Positions 1-31,641 of a stretch of DNA of 64,000 nucleotides are shown piece by piece; within the stretch, counting starts at the first letter, position 1; each line of letters starts with the position of its first letter. The DNA is from Chrysomallon squamiferum (taxonomy: Eukaryota > Animalia > Mollusca). Below the pieces are notes generated by a model that was given only the letters and a program-made list of their open reading frames with translations, had not been told where the DNA came from and searched no databases. The DNA lies in the NCBI GenBank assembly GCA_012295275.1, contig CM022677.1, positions 22,010,001-22,074,000 of the forward strand, read 5' to 3'. The translations under genes and the position numbers were made by a program.

Positions 1-480
1 ACATGTAAATAAATGTATGTATCATTTATTTATTTATTTAGTTAGTTATTTATGAAGTTTACATCACTGAATGTGTAAATATTAGATGAGAATTTGAGAG
101 ATGTATAACACATGAATGTTTATAATTTACCTCTGTGTAGTAATCTACGTATATCATTTATTTATTTATTTATCTAGTTATGAGGTTTATATCACTGACT
201 GTGTACATATTAGAAAGGTTTTAGAGTTACATAACATACCTGTTTATAATTTACCTGAGTGTAGTAATCTATGTGTATCACTTTTTAAAACATTCTTCTC
301 TGTGTAAACAGACTGGTAACATTCCACAAACTTGTTGAAACAAAACATGACAAATAGTTTTAAATGTCTAAAACAGCATGTCAGACACAAACATACATCT
401 AGCAGTGTTTTAATGTTTGTTTTCTGTATTTGTTTTGTGGTATTTATTTATTTATTTATTTATTTATTTATTATTATTAC

Positions 481-514
<34 letters not shown>

Positions 515-1162
515 AAAATTATTTTTGTCAGTATTAATTTTTGACATACACTGAAAAAGCTTGCTCAGGTTTTAGTGTATGTGTAACATAAATGCAGCAA
601 ATACATAACATGTGTACACACACACTAACACACAAACACTCACAAATACATAAACAAACACATACAAATACACACACACACACACACACACATTAACAGT
701 AAAATTAAAATAACTGTGGTGACATATTTTTACATACATTACCTTCAAAATTCTAATAATGAATAAATTTATTAATTTATTTAATTTATTTATTAATTTA
801 ATTCAGGTAAGCATGGAAATCTAAATTGAGTAACACTTTCAGTATGTAACAGTCTTTAATGTGTAATTGAAATCAATAATTAATTAATTAGTTTTTTTCT
901 GTTTTTTTTTTTTTAATTATTTATAGTTGATCAGTGTTCTCTTAATAGAATGTGAAAACTTGATGATTGCAAAAATTGATTTATTCTCAGATTAAATCAT
1001 TTTGTGAATATTGATTGTCAGTTTGTGTCTGTGTGTGTGTCTGTGGGGGGGTAGTTTGTTATTGTTATTAAATTGATCGTAATGGGGGAGCAAGAGAGAG
1101 CCAGAGAAAAAGAGATTCTGAAATAAACCATTTTGTCAATATTTATTGTCAGAGAGAGAGAT

Positions 1163-1216
<54 letters not shown>

Positions 1217-1233
1217 GAGAATGGGAGAGACAG

Positions 1234-1413
1234 TGTAAATTATAGTGTTACTAGATTTGTAACACTATCTGTCAAATACTGTGTCTCAGTTATGTGTTAT
1301 TATTCTCTCTCTCTCTTTCTCTCTCTCTCTCTGTGTGTGTCTGTAAATTAAAATGATTTTGAGCTGTGACAGTTTTAACAGTATCTATGAACTACTGTGT
1401 CTCAGCTGAATGT

Positions 1414-1482
<69 letters not shown>

Positions 1483-1553
1483 CTGTAAATTAAAGTATTG
1501 TTTTGGCTGTGACAGTTTTTAACAGTATCTATGAACTACTGTGTCTCAGCTGA

Positions 1554-1613
<60 letters not shown>

Positions 1614-1693
1614 CTGTGTAAATTAAAAAAGTATTGTTTTGGCTGTGACAGTTTTTAACAGTATCTATGAACTACTGTGTCTCAGCTGAATGT

Positions 1694-1757
<64 letters not shown>

Positions 1758-1827
1758 AAATTTAAAGTATTGTTTTGGCTGTGACAGTTTTTAACAGTAT
1801 CTATGAACTACTGTGTCTCAGCTGAAT

Positions 1828-1882
<55 letters not shown>

Positions 1883-1959
1883 CTGTGTAAATTAAAGTAT
1901 TGTTTTGGCTGTGACAGTTTTTAACAGTATCTATGAACTACTGTGTCTCAGCTGAATGT

Positions 1960-2011
<52 letters not shown>

Positions 2012-2086
2012 CTGTAAATTAAAGTATTGTTTTGGCTGTGACAGTTTTTAACAGTATCTATGAACTACTGTGTCTCAGCTGAATGT

Positions 2087-2152
<66 letters not shown>

Positions 2153-2229
2153 CTGTAAATTAAAGTATTGTTTTGGCTGTGACAGTGTTTTTAACAGTAT
2201 CTATGAACTACTGTGTCTCAGCTGAATGT

Positions 2230-2275
<46 letters not shown>

Positions 2276-2352
2276 CTGTGTAAATTAAAGTATTGTTTTG
2301 GCTGTGACAGTTTTTAACAGTATCTATGAACTACTGTGTCTCAGCTGAATGT

Positions 2353-2416
<64 letters not shown>

Positions 2417-2487
2417 AAATTAAAGTATTGTTTTGGCTGTGACAGTTTTTAACAGTATCTATGAACTACTGTGTCTCAGCTGAATGT

Positions 2488-2541
<54 letters not shown>

Positions 2542-2616
2542 CTGTAAATTAAAGTATTGTTTTGGCTGTGACAGTTTTTAACAGTATCTATGAACTACTG
2601 TGTCTCAGCTGAATGT

Positions 2617-2666
<50 letters not shown>

Positions 2667-2740
2667 CTGTAAATTAAAGTATTGTTTTGGCTGTGACAGT
2701 TTTTAACAGTATCTATGAACTACTGTGTCTCAGCTGAATG

Positions 2741-2812
<72 letters not shown>

Positions 2813-2887
2813 CTGTAAATTAAAGTATTGTTTTGGCTGTGACAGTTTTTAACAGTATCTATGAACTACTGTGTCTCAGCTGAATGT

Positions 2888-2961
<74 letters not shown>

Positions 2962-3036
2962 CTGTAAATTAAAGTATTGTTTTGGCTGTGACAGTTTTTT
3001 AACAGTATCTATGAACTACTGTGTCTCAGCTGAATG

Positions 3037-3097
<61 letters not shown>

Positions 3098-3174
3098 CTG
3101 TGTAAATTAAAGTATTGTTTTGGCTGTGACAGTTTTTAACAGTATCTATGAACTACTGTGTCTCAGCTGAATGT

Positions 3175-3223
<49 letters not shown>

Positions 3224-3312
3224 GTGTGTGTGTGTGTGTGTAAATTAAAGTATTGTTTTGGCTGTGACAGTTTTTAACAGTATCTATGAACTACTGTGTC
3301 TCAGCTGAATGT

Positions 3313-3370
<58 letters not shown>

Positions 3371-3446
3371 CTGTGTAAATTAAAGTATTGTTTTGGCTGT
3401 GACAGTTTTTAACAGTATCTATGAACTACGTGTCTCAGCTGAATGT

Positions 3447-3490
<44 letters not shown>

Positions 3491-3565
3491 CTGTAAATTA
3501 AAGTATTGTTTTGGCTGTGACAGTTTTTAACAGTATCTATGAACTACTGTGTCTCAGCTGAATGT

Positions 3566-3623
<58 letters not shown>

Positions 3624-3704
3624 CTGTAAATTAAAAGTATTGTTTTGGCTGTGACAGTTTTTAACAGTATCTATGAACTACTGTGTCTCAGCTGAATGTT
3701 ATTC

Positions 3705-3776
<72 letters not shown>

Positions 3777-3852
3777 CTGTGTAAATTAAAGTATTGTTTT
3801 GGCTGTGACAGTTTTTAACAGTATCTATGAAATACCGTGTCTCAGTTGAATG
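1234..3852. repeat. Compound tandem array: about 19 copies of a ~77-bp constant unit separated by variable (CT)n(GT)n tracts
   Basis: The unit tgtaaattaaagtattgttttggctgtgacagtttttaacagtatctatgaactactgtgtctcagctgaatgttatt recurs every ~115-155 bp; terminal copies are degenerate. Confidence 0.95.
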
Positions 3853-4291
3853 TGTTTTTCTGTCTAAACTATCTAATCTCTCTCTCTGATGACACTGTCA
3901 ACACATGATACTTTTCCAATCACTGTCTCCTGTGTCTCAACCTTTGTCTCGGAAGTCTCAGTGTGTTCTCTGTTTTCTTCTACGTCATCAGCCTCTTCGT
4001 GTACGTGGACATCGTCAACATCGTGACATGTCAACATTTGGACAGCTACATTGTGTGTTTGATGCAAATTCTTTTCTCACTGCTTTGCAGCGTTGGTTCT
4101 TTGTGTGCTTCTCACAATGTGTGGCAGCTTCCTCGACGTTGTGGTAGTTGCAGTGGTTGGTGTGTTGTTGTTGTTGTTGTTGTAACAAGGTTGATTAATG
4201 CATGTGTAGGTGTGGGTGGGTGTTGTAAGTATAATTTGTTTTAGTGATTGGAGATGTGTGTGCATTGTCTGCTTGTATGTATGTTACATTC

Positions 4292-4338
<47 letters not shown>

Positions 4339-5089
4339 ATGCTTGCTACTATGCCTATATGGGGGGAAAAGAATATGTAAGCTTCCTTTTTTTGCTGTTC
4401 TTTTTTTTTTTTGCTGATTTTTTACAAATGTCTGTATATATTATATGTAATTAGTTGCAGCAAGAAGTGATTATTTTCTAAAGTTTAAACATTCTTTTCT
4501 CTCTCTCTGTCACTAAATCATAAAACATTCATTTCAGAGACTAGATGTTCTGAACATGCATGCATGCATGCAGTCTGTAATTTTCATTTTAGCAGTTGTA
4601 AACATGCAGGTTATGTAATCAGTTAAAAATAAAGTAACAGTTGTTTTAGATGTTAGTGGAATACACAACTGAGTGAAATGTAAACTGATTTCATATATAT
4701 TCCAAACTGGGTTAACCATCTGTGTGTGTGTGTCTGTCTGGAACACAAACACAGACACATGCACATACACACTCAAACTAACGTGTAGATGAGTAATACT
4801 CATAGAAGCAAACTCATGATGAAACTCATACTCAAACACAGATACTCACACTGACAGACATTGGCACTAACTTACATATACATACAAACACACTCATATT
4901 TTCAGTGAAACATACATCCTCACAGACCTAATAACTCATACTCACAGATATATACTACCTCACTGATACATACTCACACTCATATTCACAGATACTCACA
5001 CTAACTCATGCACACTAAGACATTCATACTCACATTGGCAGTCGCCAGATTCACATAAACTAACTCACAGTCTCATACTGTCTGTCTGT

Positions 5090-5482
5090 CTTTCCATCCA
5101 TCCATCCATCTGTCTTCCATCCTTACTTCTTTCCTTCCTTCCATCCATCTTTTCTATTCATCCATCCATTGATATGACCATCCGAACATTCAGTATTGTT
5201 TTGTCTCTGAATTATCTGTCAATCAATCCTGTCATCCATCCATCCATCCAACCATCCTACCATCCTACCATCCATCCTTCCATCCATCCTTCCTTCCATC
5301 ATCCTATCATCCATCCTACCATCCATCCTTCCTTCCATCCTATCATCCATCCTACCATCCATCCTTCCATCAATCCTACCATCCATCTTACAATCCTACC
5401 ATCCTACCATCCATCCATCCTTCCATGCATCTTTCCATCCATCCTACCATCCTACCATCCATCCTTCCATCCTAACATCCAG
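5090..5482. repeat. Degenerate (CCAT)n/(CCTA/CCTT) tetranucleotide repeat
   Basis: Directly visible; lies just upstream of the first coronin coding acceptor. Confidence 0.9.
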
Positions 5483-5530
5483 CTATTATTGTTACTGTTT
5501 CTCTAATAACCTGGTTTTTCACGTTTTCAG

Positions 5531-22185
<16,655 letters not shown>

Positions 22186-22249
22186 CAAAAAAATAACCAC
22201 AAGGAGTTGTGTCCCTTCTTATAACAGTGCATCTAGTTTAAACTCGAGG

Positions 22250-22300
<51 letters not shown>

Positions 22301-23601
22301 ATAAACAAGAAGAAAAACAAGGAATACAGAAGATTTCAGAAATAATGGCTGCAGTTGTCTCCCTTGTTGGAAGAGTTATTGCCCTTTATATGGAATGGAT
22401 TGTGAAGTGATTTTAAGAATAATAACAAAGAGAAGTGCCATATTCATATCCATAGCTGAAGTAGCCTGTACTTTTAAACTTGCAGATATTTCTATGTTGC
22501 CTAGGAAACAAGCTCTTTGAAATGTGTTCACATCAAGAGTTACTGCCCTTTATGTTCAAACGTGTGTTGCCTTCTGTTTTCTGTTTTCCCATGTTGGGAC
22601 GAATCAAATTCATTGTTCCTGATTGAAGTTTGCACAGTGGAAGGGAAATAACTATTGGTTTGATGATAGAGTAATCTCCCTTGTATATAAATGGAACAAT
22701 GATGTATTTGAATAATTAATATTACGAATTTGCAATTATTATTGTTCTTGTTCTTTTTTTTGTTTTATTTATTTATTATTTTATTAGTTCTTTTCTTTTT
22801 TAATTACTTTTATTTATATTTGTTATTTTTGTTGCATTTGTGAAATAATTTTGTGGGTTTTTTTAGACAGTACAATAAAATTACATTTTTTTATGTATAA
22901 AATATATAAAACAAGCACACCTCTGAGAAAAAGGAAAATAATAATAAAGAAGGAAGTTCATATATTTAGGATTCCATGGCAACAGTTATTCTTATATAGC
23001 ATGCATCACTGATGAAAAAAAATATTGTCTTTCTTTTGTGTCGTCTTGTGTTTGTAGAATAATAACTATTGTGTTTGGGAATGAATGGCAGAAACACTTA
23101 AACAAAAATAATTATTGCAATGTAACAGATAGTATGCTTTTGTCTGTTCTTTCTTTTTTGTTGGGTTTTGTTGTTCTTTTATGACCTCTGATATCCAAGA
23201 TGTAGAAAATAAGTTGAGAAGTAAATAGTATTAGAGAATTTCATAGATTTTTAAACAAATTAACCAGTTGTTGAGGAATGTTACTTTTGTTTGTTTTTCA
23301 GTAAACATTTTTTTAATTATTGTCACGGTCATTTACAAAGTCTATTGGTTAATAACTTTAAAAAATGAAAGGCATTAAAATTTAAATTTGATTGTTTATG
23401 ATTATTATAAAATATAAAATATTCAAATGAATACCTTAAAAAAAAAAGAATTGGCTTAATGAGTTATTAAATATTTAAATTAAATGTTGGCATGGAAACA
23501 AAAGTTCAGGGAGAGTTCAGTTATTATTATGATCTAGATCTTACTGTTTTAAACAAAATTTTAATCTTTATTTTCTTCATCTTCATCATATCATATCATC
23601 A

Positions 23602-23654
<53 letters not shown>

Positions 23655-23910
23655 AATATATATTTATTGTAGCTATCCTGCTCATAAAATGACTGACTGA
23701 AAACATTTTGTGAATTTTTAATTTTTAATTTTATTTATTTTTTTTTTTTTAGGAATTCATTAATAACTGTTACAAAATTGTGATAGTGTTACAAACTTAT
23801 TAGCCATTGGTCCAAACAAAATCTGTCTGTGATATTATTGGTCCAAAAACAAAGCTGAATATTTTATTTTAATCATACAGGGTTTCTTCTTCTTTCTTCT
23901 TCTTCTTCTT

Positions 23911-23941
<31 letters not shown>

Positions 23942-25272
23942 TTATTATTATTATTATTTTACATTGTTTCTATATTTGTTTATTATTTTTCAAAATTGCT
24001 GACATTTTATTTTTCTCTACTAAATACAAGCTTTGAGCTCATTGGTCTAACACATTATAAATGTAAACCATGTTCTCATTGGATAAAGCAACATGTTACT
24101 GATTGGTCAGTAAGATTCATTGCCATTGGTCAGCTAGAGAGTAGAAGGTTTCTTTTAATTGGTGAAAACCAGAATACACATTTACGATTAGTTAATTCTG
24201 ATTATAAATGAAAGTAACGAAATAACGAAATAAGCAAAAATTGCCTTCATGTTGTTATAGAAAATCACCTCATGGTACTGTTTTTATTATTATTTATTGT
24301 TATTTGTTGTTGTTTTTATTATTGTAAACATATTGCCACATCATTTTTCTATTTTAAATCTTTATAGGTGTTGTACAATGTAAACTTTCCATGTAAATAA
24401 ATGTTTAATATGCAAATTAATGCTAAGATTGTTTATTATGCAAATTAATGTTTTTTCTTTCAACATTCGTTGTTGTAGTAGTAAATTAATTGTTTTAAAC
24501 AAATAATAAATAATAATAAAGAAGACAGTACTAAAACTCTCTTAAACATACAGAATATTTAAAAATGTCAGTATAAATTTTAATATCATAATTACAAATG
24601 TATATATTGTAGGAATGTTTAAATTAATTAAATAAATATATAATTGAAAATAAATAAGATAGAGAATTAAAAAAAAAATTATTTTTTAAAAATATTATAA
24701 ATTAGTAAAATAGACTCAGTCTGGTATGGTTTATTTTGCAATCATCATTCATTTTTTATTCATTTTTTATTTTTCTTTAGCACTATTATACAATTATTGT
24801 ATATTTACCATAATACAATACCTTTCTGTCCATCTTAAAACTGGTTTATCCTGGAAATTTTACATTTAACAAAACTTACACAAATAAGTTTTAGCATGTT
24901 GTTGTCATTGGAAGCTAGAAAATTTAGCTTGAATAGTAAAAGTTGTGTAAATTTAAAAAAAAAACATTATTGTAAATACTGTTAAAAAAAGTCTGTTCAT
25001 CACAAATGTCATTCATTTATGTTTGTAGTTGTTATTTTGTTTAATTTTTTAATTTTTATCTACTGAAGGCTTTTTAATTTGTCTGTGACTGAAAAATGTA
25101 ACGTAATCTGTTTTGTTTTGATTAGTGTTTTCTGTTTAAAACTATTACTACATTTTGATTTAGTATTTTGTATATGCAGGTTTTATTTTTTCAGTTTTTT
25201 TAATTTTAATTAATTAATTTTTTTCTAACCATTTTTATTGTTTTTACTATTTATTTTTATTATTACTATTAC

Positions 25273-25310
<38 letters not shown>

Positions 25311-28300
25311 TTAATTTTATTATTATTACTTATTATTATTATTAGTTGTTATTATAACTGCTAGTTTCATTATCTTCATCATATCATCATCATTATTTTT
25401 ATTATTTTGTTTTGTTTACCTTTCAACGACACCCAGTTTTATTTCTGTGGGTGTGTTGAAAGAAATAAGTAAACACTTTGTTTTTTTTCAATACCTGTGT
25501 TAATACATTATAGTTTATTTGTAACTGCACAGATTATTACTTTGTGTATACACATAAACAAATAATCATTTCAATATATACAATATCTGTTTGTTTGTGT
25601 AAATTTTTATTTTGTGTGTCAGTCTACATGCCAAATAATCAGTTAAATTACATTAAATTTGATTTTTTTAAACAAAATTTTATAAATTATTTAATATATA
25701 TAAATTATTATTAAATTATTATTATTATTAATTTTTATTTTTCTTTCTTTAAGTTTATAAAAATAAATTTTAATTTACTCCAATCTCATTTTCAACCCCA
25801 CAAAACTTTCTTCGACAAAAATCTCCATGGCAACAGACCATTTTAAGTGTATTCAGAATACTTATTCACCTCTGATTACATTAATCTGTTTCTGTTTTTT
25901 GTTTTGTTATTGTATGCTTGTATTAGCTGCTGTGATTGTAATGTGTGACTATAAGTGTAACATCCAGTTACAAGAAACGTTTTCAGTAAATATATGTATG
26001 TCAGTGCAAATTGCTTTTCATAAATCTTGTATATTCGCTTACGAAATGTTAAATAATTTTACAGTAAACAGAATGAAAGAGAAAGTTGATGTAGTAGAAC
26101 ATTATTAGCCTCTTTGAATGTTGTAAACCAAAAATCATTTCTGTGGGAAAATATTATTTCTCCTCTTTAAGTGTAACGTTTGTTTTTATATCAGTGATTT
26201 TTTTTTTTTTTTTTATTGTGAAATGAAAATATAAAGATTGGTGAAAACTGGTTACCACGATTTTCGTTATTAAAGATACAAATAGGTTAGAATCATCTGT
26301 TTACCCAAATTTTGGTTACTAAAAGTTCGTTCAGATAAATACATTTTAGTTACTAAATTACAGTTGGGTTCAAATATGTTACTAAAATTTTGTTTACCAA
26401 AGGCATTGTCAGATAAAAACTGCATACATAATATTTTGGTTACTAAGTTTTGGTTACTAAAGGGACAGTCAGATAAAAAAATGGTTACCTAAATTTTAGT
26501 TACTAATGGTACAGTCAGGTACAAACTGGTTGTAAAAATAGCTACAATCTGTTTACAACATTTAGGTTACTAACAGTACAACTGGGTAAAAAAAAATGTT
26601 ACCAAACTTTCGATTAAAGATATAGTAGTGTTTCATTTTGAATGAAAGGAGCACTGTCATTGGTTGATTACAGATGTAATACTTATTACCATTGGTCTGT
26701 TAGAAATATAAGATTGTGTTATTTCTGTTGATCTGTTAGACATGTGATTTGCATCTAATGGATGGAGCTTATTAAATTTGTTAAAGAAGAAAAAAAAAAG
26801 AAAAAAATTATATATAAATCTTGCAGAAAAGAAAACTGAAAACTAAATGGTTATCGTTAGGTTACTTAATGCAGATTTATGACCTTTGACCTGGTTACTC
26901 ATAGCAACCTAGAGGTCAAGCAGTTATTTTTTTTTAAACAGGTCACATTGAGTTTATCAGAGTACAGTTTATATTGTTCTGTTTTTATGGCCATCCATCC
27001 ATTTGTCTTCATTTAATAATCTGCTCATATTATTAATTTTTATAACAATTTTCTGACGTTTTTTTGTTTTTTCCTCCAAATGGACCAATTTTATATCTTC
27101 ATTTTTAAAAGAAATTTTAATTTTAATTTTTAATTTATTATAATTTTTGTATTTTGTACCTTTTTCTTTCATCTCTTTTGTTTTTTAAAATTGTTTTGTT
27201 GCTGTTTTAGTAATAAAATAAAGAAGAAAAGTTTAGAAATTAAATAATTATAACGTGCGGTTTTGCAACAAAGCTTTGTACAATGTTTATATTTTTAAAA
27301 AATCCTTTATTCACGTTTTATCAGATCTGAATTTTAAATCTTTCTGCTCAAAATTCTGTTTTGGTGTTTACAGTTGTTTCATTTTTTTTAATGTTCTTTG
27401 ATTTTGTCTTCTTTTAATATAAAAAAAAAAAACCCAAAAAAACAAAACATTTCTCCTTCATCTAATTATATTGGAATCTAAAATTTTAATTTAATATTTT
27501 TATTTTTTTTATTGAAAAACCTTTTATGATCTAAACACCAAAACAAGAATTGTGTTATTATTATTATTATTATTATCATCATCTTCATAGTTTTTGTTGT
27601 TTCGTTTTTTTTACACTTTTTTCATTATTATTTTATACTGAAATTAAAACTTTAAACATCGTTTTGAAGTAGTAAATTAATTTCTGTTTACAAACAGATG
27701 TTAAATATATACATAGAAAATACAAATATATCACAGAAGTTTTCAATGAGAAGTTTTACACAAATGTGTTTATTGTACGTTCTAATGCTTAAAAAAATGA
27801 AAATAAAATGCTTTGTAAAATATATATTATTGTGGTGTTGCTTATTCTTTCAAATCTGAAATACCTGTGACACAAAAGGAAATAATAATATTTAAAAAAT
27901 AATAATAAGAAGAAGAAGAAAGAAAGAAATGTTATAGAGATGTCTTACGATATTCCATCATACTGGACTGATGAAAATGTGATAATTGTATCAAAGATTA
28001 TTTTACTTTTTGAGATTGGCTTAATATAATGAATAAAACACAAGATATGTACCAGCACTTTTTACTTTATTAACTTAATACATTTGTAAATATTAGTATT
28101 TGACACCTAAAATCCAAAATATATATATATATTTTTTTTTTTTTGGGATATCAAAAATAGATAATATAGCACATAAAAAATCATGTTTAAATCTATGTGA
28201 AACATTTTAAAGTAAATAAAGTCTATAATAAAATCTGTAAATAAAACAAATTTATATATCTCTCTCTATATATACTTAACCTAAATGTTTAGCAAGTTTC

Positions 28301-28579
28301 TGTAAAAGAAACATCCACTCAGGTTGTTTGTAGTTGTACTTAACTGCTAAACATATTTGGCACAGTGTATATATATATATATATATATATATATTGTGTG
28401 CACATGTGTGTGTGTGTGTGTGTGTGTTTTCATGGCACTTTTTATTTCAACAATAATGATGACATAATTTAATTAGAAAAATACTAATTTAAATTAAATA
28501 ACATGGCACATAAATATAGAATTTTTATTTTTTTTACTATGGCACAGTTTTTCCAGTTTTTCGTTTTCTCTACTTCATT

Positions 28580-28596
28580 CTAAGATACGTTTGTTT
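28580..28596 (-). CDS. Possible short terminal coding exon of ACP6 (ETNVS-stop)
   Basis: A phase-1 donor TCAG|gtctgt at 29775 could join the acceptor ggaaatcag at 28597; minus-strand AATAAA at 28441-28446 lies downstream. Confidence 0.35.
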
Positions 28597-28900
28597 CTGA
28601 TTTCCAAAAATAGGAAAAAATAAACTACAAGAAACAGCTAAAGAAAGATTTACAGAAGATTATGTGAGGGGGAATGAGACAGTGACAGACACAAACACAA
28701 AATTAACAAAATAAAGTACTGTGACAGACAAACAGACAGACATTGATGTTGAGTTTTGATTGTAAACTTCATTATAAATGTTAATGGCCAATTTTAATAT
28801 ATTTGTGCTTTTAAAACTGTTTTTGTTTTTTTTTTTTTTTTTTTTTTCTTTTTTTCTTGTCTGCCTAAATAATCAACCTGGAAAACAAAACAAAAGCAAA

Positions 28901-28960
<60 letters not shown>

Positions 28961-28961
28961 G

Positions 28962-28998
<37 letters not shown>

Positions 28999-29047
28999 GA
29001 AATGATAATGATAATAATGATAATAAATAATAATAGTAAAGTAATAA

Positions 29048-29105
<58 letters not shown>

Positions 29106-29185
29106 GCATAGTAATAGTAATAGTAATAATAATAATAATAATGATGATAATGATAATGATAACCATAATAATAATAATAATAAAG

Positions 29186-29276
<91 letters not shown>

Positions 29277-29280
29277 GATG

Positions 29281-29348
<68 letters not shown>

Positions 29349-29665
29349 CATAATCATATCAACAGCAGCAGCAGCAACAACAACAATAACCAGTAGTAAT
29401 AAGTGTGTACAGTTTAGTTATAATAATAATATTAACAACGACAACAATAATGATGATGGTAATAATAATAATAGTAATAAAAAGAGCATTGACTTGAGAA
29501 GTAATACAAAAAAACCCTGAATACTGATATATTATCTTTAAAATCAAAATAATAACAAAACAAAATGAGAAAGTGTGCGTGTGTGTGTATGTGTGTCTGT
29601 GTATGTCTGTGTGTGTGTGTGTCTGTGTGTGTGTGTCTGTGAGTGTGTGTCTGTGTGTGTGTGTC

Positions 29666-29758
<93 letters not shown>

Positions 29759-29763
29759 TCAAA

Positions 29764-31609
29764 CTACAACAGACCTGATGAAGGGATGTTTGAGTTGCAC
29801 ATCTTCTGGTACTGTTTCGGTTCTGTGATGAAAGGTTTGACAGCCGACAGAAACTCTTCATAGGAACACAGACTACGCGAACACCCTCGTATAACTCTCT
29901 CCTGTGTGTGTCATAACAATAACAATATCAATAACAATAACAATAACAATAACAATAACAATAATAATCATAATAATGATAACGATAACGATAGTAATGA
30001 TAATGATGATGATGATAAAGACTGACAATAATGATAATAACAATAATAATGAAGATGATAATGACAATAATGTTGATGATGACAGTAATGATGATGATGA
30101 TGATGATAATGACAATATGATGATAAAATAAAAATGATGATAATAGTGATGATAGCACTAATAATAACAATGACAATGAGATGATAATACAATAATAACA
30201 TCAACCATAATGAAAAATAACAAATTAACATTAATTACTACATTAATATAATATTATTATCACCCCCCAAAAAAAAAACCCCCAATCATATTGATAATAG
30301 TAGAAATAATAGTAACAATAATTATTAATAGCAACACTGATAGTTACAGTAATGATGACAATGATCATAGCAATATTAATATTAAAAATGACAGTAACAT
30401 AAGCATAATGATGACAATTGTAACAACAACAAAAATGATAATGATGATTATAACAACAATAACATTAATGATTACTATAACAATAACAACTGAATCACTG
30501 TAATCTGTTAAAGGTAAATAACAGGTGTGTTTAACAAACGCACACAAACATGAAGTGGTTTCAAGGTTTACCTGTCCCAGGTACAGAACTCTGACCCAGT
30601 GATGTCTGTGTGAGTCTTCGTACAGCTCAACTGTGATGTCTGCCGTGAACGGCGGCCACGTTTCATCGTAGAGTCCGAACGCCTCCAGCAGACAGATTAT
30701 CATACTGTCGTGTGTCGAGTACAAGCACAGCTTCTTGTAGCTGCAACACAGAACAACACACAGTAAACACAGAACAAACACAGAAACAACACACAGTAAA
30801 CACAGCAGACAGATTATCATACTGTCGTGTGTCGAGTACAAGCACAGCTTCTTGTAGCTGCAACACAGAAACAACACACAGTAAACACAGAAACAAACAC
30901 AGAATAAACACAAAAACAACACAGAAACAAACACAATAAACACAAAAACAACACACAATAAACACAATAAATACAGAACAAACACAGCTTCTTGTAGCTG
31001 CAACACAGTAAACACACAATAAACACAGAATAAACACAGCTTCTTGTAGCTGTAACACAGAAACACACACACAATAAACGCAGAAACAACACACAATAAA
31101 CACAGAACACAGAATAAACACAAAAACAACACACAATAAACAACACAGAATAAACCCCAAAACACAGAATAAACACAAAAACAACACACAATAAACACAG
31201 AATAAACACAGAAACAACACACAACAAACACAGAAACAAACACAGAATAAACACACAACACAGAAACAAACACACAATAAACACAGAAACAAACACAGAA
31301 ACACATAATAAACACAGAAACAACACACAATAAACACATTATTTCTTTTACATAGACATCCTCATGACAGAACACAAACAAAACACAATAATTTGTTTTA
31401 CTGATAAAGAAAAATATCTGTTAATTTTATTATTTATTATTGTTGTTATTGTTATTATTACTGTTGTCGTTGTTGTTATTATCATTATTCTTATTATGTT
31501 GTTGTTACTATTATTAGTATTATTATTATTAGTAGTAGTAGTAGTAGTAGTAGTATTGTTGTAGTTGTAGTTGTTGTCAATTACCTGGACTGTGTTACAG
31601 CTTGTTGCA

Positions 31610-31641
<32 letters not shown>

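Noticed and set aside
1234-3852. CRISPR-like alternation of constant repeats and variable spacers
   Set aside because: The spacers are only (CT)n(GT)n length variants, the repeat is ~77 bp, the context is eukaryotic and there are no cas genes
22250-22299. A50 tract as a retrocopy or retroposon tail
   Set aside because: It follows an intron-containing gene, and no target-site duplication or element body is visible
26250-26620. Degenerate ttttggttactaa/gtcagataaa repeats (similar decayed repeats at 1-290, 34000-34390, 56260-56830, 63310-63680)
   Set aside because: Ordinary decayed minisatellites with no link to exon boundaries or recognisable motifs
30365-31381. 338-aa Cys/Val/Phe-rich ORF resembling a membrane protein
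   Set aside because: Low-complexity intronic repeat in frame with ACP6 exon 9; treated as an acceptor echo instead
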